Origin: Azolla caroliniana
Taxonomy: Eukaryota > Plantae > Polypodiophyta
Direction of reading: 5' to 3'
Length of the DNA stretch: 64,000 nucleotides
Assembly: GCA_043228905.1 (NCBI GenBank)
Contig: JBHGNT010000011.1
Span: 12,090,001-12,154,000 of the forward strand
A program made the translations under genes and the position numbers. Shown one piece after another: positions 34,070-44,900 of this stretch. The notes under the pieces are model-generated. The model worked only from the letters and a program-made list of their open reading frames with translations, had not been told where the DNA came from and searched no databases. Each line of letters begins with the position of its first letter. Position 1 is the first letter of the stretch.

Positions 34070-37000
34070 TGTACGATAAAACCGAAGAAACCTTGTACCA
34101 TAGGTAGGGAATTTTTGTTCTCCGACAGCGGAGCGTGTACGATAGTCGGCATCGGCGGCCGAGAGAAGACAAAGGCGGAGGGGAGACTTCGAGCGTGCGG
34201 AGTTCTCGGCCCTGACGAGGAAATCAACGGAGCCGTGGAGGCGGTCTCATTCGACGACACCTTGGGAATGCTGGGAAAGGTAGTCGAAGAAGGCCTTAAC
34301 GAAGACCGGACGATACCGGTGTGTTCCGAGGAGATGTACGAAGTCATCGCGAACTTCGGTCGAGGGCTCGGGTCAGTTCGGACGGCCCACGTAAGCACCA
34401 AGTACAAGACTGTGGACCGGAAGGTAAGGCCAGTCGCGGCACCCTTACCGGAGGACAGCGCGTCGAGAATCAAAGGGGTTGCATCGGACCCTAGTCTACG
34501 AGATCCGGCCTGCATAGGGCACACCTTCACCGACGAGACGCTCCGAGAGCTCAAAATCGGTGGGGGCGGGTTCCTACTGCCGGCGGAGGAAGACCGGTTT
34601 CGGAGAATGCTCGGAAGGCACGGGAAAGCCTTCGCATTCTCGCCGGAGGAAATCGGGTGCGTTGACCCGACGATCGTGGAGCCGATGGTGATATTCACGG
34701 TACCGCATGTACCATGGAATCTCAAGCCAATCCCGGTTCCGAGAGCTCACATCCCGAAGTTGATGGAGCTGCTGAGGCAGAAAGTTGATATGGGAATTCT
34801 CGAGCCGTCGAGCGCCCCATATTCGAATCGATGGTTTACCGTACCGAAGAAAAACGGTTCGTTGCGCTTCATCCAGGACCTGCAGCCGGTCAATCGAGTG
34901 ACCATTCGGAACGCAGGGATCGGGCCGACCATAGACGAGTTCGCGGAGGCCTTCGCCGGAAGGTCAATTTACTCGGTCGGGGATCTATACTCAGGGTACG
35001 ACCAGTTCCAGCTTGCCGTGGAGAGCAGAGACATTACGACGATGCGAACTCCCCTCGGCCTAGTTCGGATGTGTACACTGCCGCAAGGAGGGACCAACTC
35101 GGTGGCCCACATGGTGAATGCGATGAACAAGGTTCTGAGGGACTGCATCCCGGACATCACCATGCCATTTCTGGACGACATCCCGATCAAGGGATGCCCG
35201 GTGGAAGAAAAGGACGAGACGATCGGGCCGGACGGATGCCGGCGATTCGTGGCGACGCACATCGACGACTGCGAGAAGGTACTGCAAAGGCTAGAGGATG
35301 CGAGACTCACCTTCTCCGGGGAGAAGTCGGCCTTCGGGCAGTCAGAAATCATGGTGGTCGGACACCTGTGCGGACCATATGGCCGGAAACCGTCTCCGGC
35401 AAAGGTAGAAGCCATCTCCGCGATGAAGCCCGACTGCAGCTCGGTCACGGAAGTACGGAGATTCCTGGGGGCATGCGCGTTCTATCACATATGGATCCCG
35501 CATTACGCACACGTCGCGGAGCCACTGTACGGGTTGCTGAAAAAGGGGCGAAGGTTCGAATGGCTAGACGAGCACGCGGAATCGGTCCGGAAGCTGAAAG
35601 AGGCCCTTGCAGCGGCACCGGCACTCCGGAAGGCGGTATACGGGAAGGGTACCCCGGTATTCATAACGGTGGATACCAGTCCGACCGGGATCGGATGGGT
35701 CGTGAACCAGGAAGACGAGGACGGCAATCGGTTTCCGATCCGATTCGGCGCGAAGGTCCTCAGTGAACGGCAGCGAGGATACGCCCAGGTTAAACGCGAA
35801 CTCTGGGGTATTGTTTCGGCGGTTAAGGCCGACAAAGACTACCTGATAGGGACAGAAGTGATCATCGAGACGGATTGCCTGCCGATTCTCGGAATGGTTT
35901 CCGGATGCGCGACTCCGGACCTGGCGATGCTCAGGTGGATAGCGTACATCAAGTCCCTGGACCCGGAAATACGACACCTTTCCGGGAAAGACAACGCCAT
36001 GGCCGACATGCTTTCGAGGGCGAGGTTCGACGACGAGGGCGGCATGGTTTCGGAAGACGAAGAAGTCGGCGTGGATTTCTTCGAGGCGGCATACATAACG
36101 ACCGACGGGATGAGCACTCCGGCGCTTAACGAGTTCGACGCGAGCAAGTACGACGGGGAGTGGCTGCAGATCGGCGGGTTTTTGAAGACAATGACGCCCG
36201 ATGCGTCATGGACGAAGGACGAGGCCAACCGGATCCGGAAGAAAGCATATCGATTCCTTCTCCGAGATGGGCATTTGTGGAAGCACCCGAAGAAGAGGAA
36301 CGGCGTCCCGCTCCGGGTGGTGGCGATGAAGGAAGAACAGGAGGAGCTACTGGCGGCCTACCACGACAGCCCTTGGGCTGGGCACCGTGGAACGTGGGCG
36401 ACGTTTGAGAAGCTGAAGGGGAAGTACTGGTGGCCGGGATTGTACCGGGACGTGCATCGGTTCGTGTCAACTTGCGAGAGTTGTCAGATGCACTCGATAG
36501 TCCGACACCGGGACGGGCTTCACCCTACGTACCCTCCGACTATCCACTTCAAATGGATGGTAGATCTGGTGACGATGCCGATGGGGGTAGGACAGATGCG
36601 GTATCTGGTCCTAGCGCGGGAAGACCTGACGAACCAGGTGGAAGGCCGAGCCCTTCAGAACAAGACGACCGCGGCCGTGTGTCGGTTCCTAGTCGAGGAC
36701 GTGATATGCCGGTACGGGTGCGTCGGGAAGATCGTGGCTGACCGAGGGGAGTTGGACGCCGAAGAGGCCGCGGAGCTGTTCGACCGGCTTGGAGTCAAGC
36801 TCTCGCTCACCACTGCGTACAATCCGGAGGCGAATGGCAAGGTGGAGCGCGGACACGGACCGATCGTCAAGGCGTTGATTCGGGCATGCGGGGGCCGAGT
36901 CGGTAACTGGCCGCGGTTGCTACCTTATGCTTTGTGGGCAGACCGGACCACGCACAGTTCGGTAACCGGGTACATGCCGACGGAGCTCATGTTCGGCCAG

Positions 37001-37498
37001 AAGCCGATCATGCCGATTGAACGGACGATCTCCTCGTGGGCAACGGTCGACTGGAGGGACGAGATGAGCCGGGAGGAGTTGTTGGCCGCACGTATACGAC
37101 AGCTCGAGCGGAGACCGGAGGACGTGGCACTGGCTACGGAGAAGCTCCGGGTGGCGAGGACAAAGAACAAAGCCCGGTTCGACCGAACGCACCGGCTACG
37201 ACCGAAGAAAATCGACGAAGGTGACTGGGTGCTCGTCTACGACAGCAGCCTCGACAACCAGCACCGAGCAACGCGGAAGTTCGCACGGAGATGGTTCGGG
37301 CCGTACACGGTACAGAGCGCCAACGACAACGGGACGTATCATCTGGCGGAACTCGACGGAACGAGAATAGCGATACCCGTGGCCGGGAAGAGGATCAAAG
37401 CTTTCAAGAAGCGGCACGACGACGAACCTGACCCGATTCTCCTGGATAGCAGCGACGACCGATCCGAGGCCGAGGAAGGGCCGGCAGGCGAAGAGTAA
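34001..37498 (+). CDS. pol: Pol (RT-RNase H-integrase), -1 frame relative to gag-PR
   Basis: ORF 34115-37498 extends stop-free upstream to the slippery site; GDLYSGYDQF, PQGGTNS, FLDD, VDTSP, HHCC, NPEANGKVER, WFGPY. Confidence 0.93.
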   Translation, partial: GFLERAAKAWGRDSPDTPGKPHTCTIKPKKPCTIGREFLFSDSGACTIVGIGGREKTKAEGRLRACGVLGPDEEINGAVEAVSFDDTLGMLGKVVEEGLNEDRTIPVCSEEMYEVIANFGRGLGSVRTAHVSTKYKTVDRKVRPVAAPLPEDSASRIKGVASDPSLRDPACIGHTFTDETLRELKIGGGGFLLPAEEDRFRRMLGRHGKAFAFSPEEIGCVDPTIVEPMVIFTVPHVPWNLKPIPVPRAHIPKLMELLRQKVDMGILEPSSAPYSNRWFTVPKKNGSLRFIQDLQPVNRVTIRNAGIGPTIDEFAEAFAGRSIYSVGDLYSGYDQFQLAVESRDITTMRTPLGLVRMCTLPQGGTNSVAHMVNAMNKVLRDCIPDITMPFLDDIPIKGCPVEEKDETIGPDGCRRFVATHIDDCEKVLQRLEDARLTFSGEKSAFGQSEIMVVGHLCGPYGRKPSPAKVEAISAMKPDCSSVTEVRRFLGACAFYHIWIPHYAHVAEPLYGLLKKGRRFEWLDEHAESVRKLKEALAAAPALRKAVYGKGTPVFITVDTSPTGIGWVVNQEDEDGNRFPIRFGAKVLSERQRGYAQVKRELWGIVSAVKADKDYLIGTEVIIETDCLPILGMVSGCATPDLAMLRWIAYIKSLDPEIRHLSGKDNAMADMLSRARFDDEGGMVSEDEEVGVDFFEAAYITTDGMSTPALNEFDASKYDGEWLQIGGFLKTMTPDASWTKDEANRIRKKAYRFLLRDGHLWKHPKKRNGVPLRVVAMKEEQEELLAAYHDSPWAGHRGTWATFEKLKGKYWWPGLYRDVHRFVSTCESCQMHSIVRHRDGLHPTYPPTIHFKWMVDLVTMPMGVGQMRYLVLAREDLTNQVEGRALQNKTTAAVCRFLVEDVICRYGCVGKIVADRGELDAEEAAELFDRLGVKLSLTTAYNPEANGKVERGHGPIVKALIRACGGRVGNWPRLLPYALWADRTTHSSVTGYMPTELMFGQKPIMPIERTISSWATVDWRDEMSREELLAARIRQLERRPEDVALATEKLRVARTKNKARFDRTHRLRPKKIDEGDWVLVYDSSLDNQHRATRKFARRWFGPYTVQSANDNGTYHLAELDGTRIAIPVAGKRIKAFKKRHDDEPDPILLDSSDDRSEAEEGPAGEE

Positions 37499-40400
37499 AG
37501 GCGGGCCGGTTTTCTCCGTGCCAACTCAATTTGGCGCATGCCGGCGGATGCGCGGTTAGGTGGGGGCGGATGTCGTGAAGAAAACCGCCCACAAGAGGAA
37601 TCGGAGGAACAAGGCGTGGGAAACGGCTCTACACACACGCGCGCGCCAAGAAGTACCTAAGGACGAAGTAGGTACATACGAGGATCCTAGGTGGACAGAT
37701 TCGGTTGGTATGCAGTTAATGCCAAACGGCCTCTTGACGGGCTATAAAAGGAAGAGGAAGAATAGAAGTCGGACATCTCCCGCGGAGAGGACAAAGTGCT
37801 GCTGAACCGATTTCGGAGCTTCTCTCTCACTCCTGCTCTCTCTGTCTTCTGCTCCATCGCGTACCTGTGCAGGTTTCGAGGAGGCTTGCGCTGTTCCGTG
37901 GAACGCCCCGAGTGCGTCCTGCAGCACCTCCGACCTGTTTTCCCTTTCTGTGCGTCGCGACATACAGGGGTCGGCAGCTGTTCGCCGCCCTGTTCGTTTC
38001 CGTTAGTATCTATTTTGTGCCCCACCGTGGGTTGTAATACTTTAGTCTGTTATTTTCTTGCATTCATAAGTACATATCTCTCGTTGTTGCGTCCATCTGC
38101 GTCGGCGTTTATTTGTGATCTCTGTTTGTTGGGCCGTGTCCCTGTGCAATCGTCGGTTCTGCGCAATCGGATCTTCGGTCCTGTGTAATCGGGTCTCTCT
38201 CTCTTACTCCTCTCTCTCTTGCTCTTCGGTTCGAGACCCCCGTGGTCCCTCCTCCTTTCTACACGCAAGGGCGTAAAAAACCCCGACAACGGGCGGCGAC
38301 GCGCGCCACCGAGGAACTACACGGGGCCTACCCAAACGTGCAAGTCAAGATCGGCGACGTCGAGATAGACCAACACTTCTTGTGCAGGAGACGTCATCGC
38401 ACCCGGTCATACTGGGAGAACCGTACATTACGGCAGCGCAAATGGAAACCAAGGTGCTGGACAACGGGTCGGCTTACGTGAGGGTCAAGAGTCAGGACGG
38501 GCGTCATTCGGTCCAGTTCCTAACGGTGCGACCGAACCACGAGCAAAACCGCGAGTCCCTCCGTGGCGAGAACCGAGAGGATTTTTAGAGAGGGCTGCCA
38601 AGGCGTGGGGCCGCGACAGTCCGGACACTCCGGGAAAACCCCACAAATGTACAATAGAGGCGAAACCGAAGAAACCTTGTACCATAAGTAGGAAGTTTTG
38701 TTTCTCCGACAACGGAGGGTGTACGATAGTCGGCATCGTTGGCCGAGAAAAGACAAGGGCGGAAGAGCGACTTCGGGCGTGCGGAGTTCTCGGGCCCAAC
38801 GAGGAAATCAACGGTGCCGTGGAGGCGGTCTCCTTTGACAACACCTTGGGAATACTGCGAGAGGTGGTCGGAAAGGGCCTTAAAGAGGACCGGACGATAT
38901 CGGTTTGTTCAGAAGCGATGTACGAAGTCATCGCGGACTTCAGTCGAGGGCTCGAGTCGGATCGGACGGCCCGGGTTACCACGAAGTACAAGATTGTGGA
39001 CCGGAAGGTAAGGCCAGTCGCGGCACCCTTACCGGAGGGCAGCGAGTTGCGAATCAAGAGGGTCGCGTCGGACCCCAGTTTACAAGATCCGGCCTGCATA
39101 GGACACACCTTCACCGACAGAACGCTACGGGAGCTCAAAATCGGTGGGGGCGGGTTCCTACTGCCGGCGGAAGAAGACCGGTTTCGGAGAATGCTCGGAA
39201 GGCACGGGAAAGCCTTCGCATTCTCACCGGAAGAGATCGGGTGCGTAGACCCGACAATCGTGAAGCTGATGGTGATATTCACGGTACCGCATGTACCGTG
39301 GAATCTCAAACCAATTCCGGTACCGAGAGCTCACATCCCGGAGCTGATGGAGCTGTTGAGGCAGAAAGTCGATATGGGCATCCTCGAACCGTCGAGTGCC
39401 CCGTACTCGAACCGGTGGTTTACCGTACCAAAGAAGAACGGAACGTTGCGCTTCATTCAAGACCTGCAACTAGTCAACAGAGTGACCATTCCGAACGCAG
39501 GAATCGGACCAACGATAGACGAGTTCGCGGAGGCCTTCGCCGAAAGGTCGATCTACTCGGTCGGTGATCTGTACTCAGGGTACGATCAGTTCCAACTAGC
39601 CGTAGAGAGCAGAGACATTACGACGATGCAGACTCCTCTCGGCCTAGTGCGGATGTGTACCCTGCCACAAGGAGGGACGAACTCGGTGGCCCACATGGTG
39701 AATTCGATGAACAACGTGCTGAGGGATTGTATCCCGGACATCACCATGCCATTCTTGGACGACAACCCGATCAAGGGATGTCCGGTGGAGGAAAGGGACG
39801 AAATGATCGGACCGGACAGATGCCGGAGATTCGTGGCGACACACATTGACGACTGCGAGAGGGTGCTGCAGAGGCTACAGGACGCAAGGCTCACCTTCTC
39901 CGGGGAGAAATCGGCCTTCGGGCAATCAGAGGTCATGGTCGTCGGACATCTATGCGGACCGTATGGCCGGAAACCGTCTCCGGCTAAGGTAGAAGCCATA
40001 TCCGCAATGAAGCCCGATTGTAACTCGGTCACGGAGGTACGGAGGTTCTTGGGAGCATGCGTGTTCTACCACATATGGATCCCGCATTACGCCCACGTTG
40101 CCGAGCCGCTATACGGGTTGCTGAAAAAGGGGCAAAAATTCGAGTGGCGAGACGAGTATGCGGAGTCAGTCCGGAAGATGAAGGAGGCTCTTGCTGCAGC
40201 TCCGGCACTCCGGAAGGCTGTCTACGAGAAAGGCACTCCCATCTACATAACGGTAGATATGAGTCCGACCGGGATTGGATGGGTCGTCAACCAAGAAGAT
40301 GAGGACGGCATTCGGTTCCCAATCCGGTTCGGCGCGAAGGTCCTCAGCGAGCGACAACGAGGATACGCCCAGGTTAAACGCGAACTCTGGGGTATCGTTT

Positions 40401-41911
40401 CGGCGGTGAAGGCCGATAAAGACTATCTGATCGGAACAGAGGTGATTATCGAGACAGATTGCCTGCCGATTCTCGGCATGGTTTCCGGGTGCGCAACCCC
40501 GGACCTGGCAATGCTCAAGTGGATAGCGTACATCAAGTCCCTGGATCCGGAAATACGACACATTTCCGGGAAAGACAATGCCATGGCCGACATGCTTTCG
40601 AGGGCACGATTCGACGACGAGGGCAGCATGGTTTCGGAAGATGAGGAAGTCGGCGTAGACTTCTTCGAGGCGGCTAACGTAACAACCGAGGGGGGGAGCA
40701 CTCCAGCGCTTAACGATTTCGATGAGAGCAAGTACAACGGGGAGTGGCTGCAGATTAGGGGATTCTTGAGGACGATGACGCCGGATGCGTCATGGACAAA
40801 GAACGAGGCCAACCGGATCCGGAAGAAAGCATACCGATTCTTTCTCCGGGACGGATACTTATGGAAGCACCCGAAGAAGAGAAACGGCATCCCGCTCCGA
40901 GTGGTGGCGATGGAGGAGGAACATAAGGAGTTGTTGAAGGCCTACCACGACAACCCCTGGGCTGGACATCGTGGGACGTGGGCCACGTTCGAGAAACTGA
41001 AGGGGAAGTACTGGTGGCCGGGACTGTACCGGGACATGCATCGGTTCGTGACAACTTGTGAGAGCTATCAGATACACTCCATAGTCTGACATCGAGACGA
41101 GCTTCACCCTACATACCCTCCGGCCATCCACTTCAAATGGATGGTAGATTTGGTGACGATGCCAATGGGCGTAGGGCAGATGCGATATTTGGTGCTGGCC
41201 AGGGAGGACCTGACGAACCATGTGGAAGGCCGAGCCCTGCAGAACAAAATGACCGCGGTCGTGTGTCGGTTCCTGATCGAGGATGTGATATGCCGGTACG
41301 GGTGCGTCGAGAAGATCGTGGCTGACCGCGGGGAGTTGGACGCCAAAGAGGCCGAGGAACTGTTCAACCGGTTAGGGGTCAAGCTCTCGCTCACCACAGC
41401 GTACAATTCGGAGGCGAACGGGAAGGTGGAGCGCAGACACAGACCGATCATCAAAGTGCTAGTCTGGGCGTGCGAAGGCCAGGTCGGGAACTGGCCACGA
41501 CTGTTACCCTATGCCTTGTGGGCGGACCGGACAACGCACAGTTCGGTAACCGGGTCCATGCTGTCAGAGCTCATGTTCGGACAGAAGCCGATCATGCCAA
41601 TGGAACGGACGATCTCCTCTTGGACTGGAGAGACGAGATGAGCCGAGAAGAACTGCTAGCGACGCGTATACGGCAGCTCGAGCGGAGGCTAGAGGACGTG
41701 GAACGAGCGGCGGAGAGACTTCGGGCGGCGAGGATGAGGAACAAAGCCCGGTTCGACCGAACGCACCAGCTTCGACCAAAGAAAATCGAGGAAGGCGACT
41801 GGGTGCTAGTCTACGACAACAACCTTGACAACCAGCACCGAGTAACAAGGAAGTTTGCAAAGCGGTGGTTCGGGCCTTACGTGGTAACAACCTCCAACGA
41901 CAACGGGACGT

Positions 41912-44900
41912 TGTCGAGGTATTCCTCGCGGATGCGTGGGGTGAGGCGGAACCTCTGGGGTCCTGTACCAAAGAGCAAGAGAGGAAGGAGTAGAGACCCT
42001 CTACGTGCGTGCGTAGATCCACAGGGACACGGCCCTTCGACGCAAAGACACAAGTGGGACAGCGACACAGAAAGACACGAATGTATGTATGTATTAACAA
42101 GGACAAACAACAAGAACACGAAGATAACAAAACCTCGAAGTCGGTTACAACCGAACAGGCCGGCGAACAGATGTCGATGCCTGTTCGTAAACGTACAAAA
42201 AGACAGGAGCAGGTTGGAGGTGCTGCCGGAAGCACTCGGGCATTCCTCAGAGCAGCGCGAGCCTCCCGAAGCCTGCACAGAAGGAAGCTATGGAGTTTGC
42301 GAGCCAGAGAGAGAGAGAGAGAGAGAGCCTTCGCGCGCAAACCGACAGCACTTCGTCCTCCCCTCTCCCCCGATCCTTCGCCCCTCCTTTTATAGGCAAG
42401 GAAGGAGCCGTTTCCCCCTTACTCCCTACCTACCGAATCTACCTAGGATCTCCTATGTACAACTTAAGGGGCACGTGCATGAAGAGTCGGTTTCTACACT
42501 CTAGTGCACCGATTCCGCTTGTGGACGGTTTTCTTCACGACATCCGCCCCCACCTAACCGCGCATCCACCGGCATGCGCCAAATTGTGTTGGGACGAAGA
42601 AAACCAGTCCAGCCTTCATTCTCCGTCCGTCGGTTCTTCCTCGGTTTCGGATCGCTCGTCATTGCGGTCCAGGTCAACCAGATCCGGCTCGTCGTCGTGA
42701 CGCTTCTTGAACGCTTTGATCCGCTTCCCAGCTACCGGTATCGCCATTCTCGTACCGTCGAGTTCCGCCAAATGGTACGTCCCGTTGTCGTTGGCGCTTT
42801 GTACCACGTAAGGCCCGAACCACCTTCTTGCGAACTTCCGTGTCGCTCGGTGCTGGTTGTCAAGGCTGCTGTCGTAGACTAGCACCCAGTCGCCTTCCTC
42901 GATCTTCTTCGGTCGGAGCCGGTGCGTTCGGTCGAACCGGGCTTTGTTCCTCATCCTTGCTTCCCGAAGCTTTTCCGCATCCTGCTCCACGTCCTCCGGT
43001 CTTCGCTCGAGCTGTCGTATACGTGCCGCCAGCAGCTCCTCCCGGCTCATCTCGTCTCTCCAGTCCACGGTTGCCCACGAGGAGATCGTACGTTCCATTG
43101 GCATGATCGGCTTCTGCCCAAACATGAGTTCCGCCGGCATGAATCCGGTTACGGAACTGTGCGTAGTTCGGTCCGCCCACAACGCGTAAGGCAACAGCCG
43201 CGGCCAGTTCCCGACTTGACCTCCGCATGCCCGAACTAACGCCTTTACGATCGGTCCGTGTCCGCGCTCCACCTTCCCATTCGCCTCCGGATTGTACGTA
43301 GTGGTAAGCGAGAGCTTGACTCCTAGCCGGTCGAACAGCTCCTCGGCCTCTTCGGCGTCCAACGCACAATCTTCCCGACGCACAATCTTCCCGACGCACC
43401 CGTACCGGCATATCACGTCTTCGATCAGGAACCGACATACGGCCGCGGTCGTTTTGTTCTGAAGGGCTCAGCCTTCCACCTGGTTCGTCAGATCTTCCCG
43501 AGCCAGGACCAGATACCGCATCTGTCCGACGCCCATCGGCATCGTCACCAGATCTACCATCCATTTGAAGTGGATGGTCGGAGGGTACGTAGGGTGAAGC
43601 TCGTCCCGATGCCGGACTATGGAGTGCATCTGACAGCTCTTGCAAGTTGTCACGAACCGATGCACATCCCGGTACAGTCCCGGCCACCAGTACTTCCTCT
43701 TTATCTTTTCGAACGTGACCCACGTTCCACGGTGTCCATCCCAAGGGCTGTCGTGGTAGGCCATCAGCAGCTCCTCCTGTTCTTCCTTCATCGCCACCAC
43801 CCGGAGCGGGACGCCGTTCCTCTTCTTCGGGTGCTTCCATAAGTATCCGTCCCGGAGAAAGAATCGGTACGCTTTCTTCTGGATCTGGTTGGCCTCGTCC
43901 TTCGTCCATGACGCATCCGGCGTCATTGTCCTAAAAAATCCACCGATCTGTAGCCACTCGCCGTTGTACTTGCTCTTGTCGAAGCCGTTAAGTGCCGGAG
44001 TGCTCGCCCCATCGGTCGTCACATACGCCGCCTCGAAGAAGTCCACGCCAACTTCTTCGTCCTCCGAAACCATGCCGCCCTCGTCATCAAACCTCGCCCT
44101 CGAAAGCATGTCGGCCATGGTGTTGTCCTTTCCGGAAATGTGTCGTATCTCCAGGTCAAGGGACTTGATGTACGCTATCCACCTTAGCATCGCCAGGTCC
44201 GGTGTCGCGCATCCAGAAACCATGCCGAGAATTGGTAGGCAATCCGTCTCGATAATCACTTCTGTCCCAATCAGGTAGTCTTTGTCCGCCTTTACCGCCG
44301 AAACGATACCCTAGAGTTCGCGTTTAACCTGGGCGTACCCTCGCTGTCGCTCACTGAGGATCTTAGCACCGAATCGGATCGGGAACAGGGTGCCGTCCTC
44401 GTCTTCTTGGTTGACGACCCATCCGATCCCGGTCGGGCTCGTATCCACCGTTATGTATACCGGGGTACCCTTCTCGTAGACAGCCTTCCGGAGCGTCGGT
44501 GCTGCCGCAAGAGCTTCCTTCAGCTTCCGGACCGACTCCGTGTGCTTGTCTCGCCACTCGAATCTTTGCCCCTTCTTCAGCAACCCGTATAGTGGCTCCG
44601 CAACGTGGGCGTAATGTGGGATCCATATGTGGTAGAACGCGCATGCTCCCAGGAACCTCCGAACTTCCGTAACCGAGCTACAGTCGGTCTTCATCGCGGA
44701 GATGGCTTCTACCTTTGCCAGAGACGGCTTCCGGCCATATGGTCCACATAGATGCCCGACCACCAGGATTTCTGATTGCCCGAAGGCCGATTTCTCCCCG
44801 GAGAAGGTGAGCCTCGCATCCTCTAGCCTTTGTAGCACCTTCTCGCAGTCGTCGATGTGTGTTGCTACGAATCGCCGGCATCCGTCTGGCCCGAGTGTCT

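Larger units (their letters stand above)
31123..38288 (+). mobile_element. intact, very young Trp-primed gypsy element C, 4-bp TSD ACGG
   Basis: 718-bp LTRs 31123-31840 and 37571-38288 with about 2 differences; PBS; PPT ggttaggtgggggcgga; two uninterrupted ORFs. Confidence 0.97.

Noticed and set aside
33949-36870. Long antisense/overlapping ORFs in the Trp-family pol (e.g. 33949-34725, 34831-35766)
   Set aside because: Expected from GC-rich codon usage; recurrence in B and D only reflects copy similarity; no recognisable motifs.
41470-42504. 344-aa ORF (also 47190-48599 and 48049-49017) as novel fusion genes
   Set aside because: Chance read-through across insertion junctions into LTR sequence.
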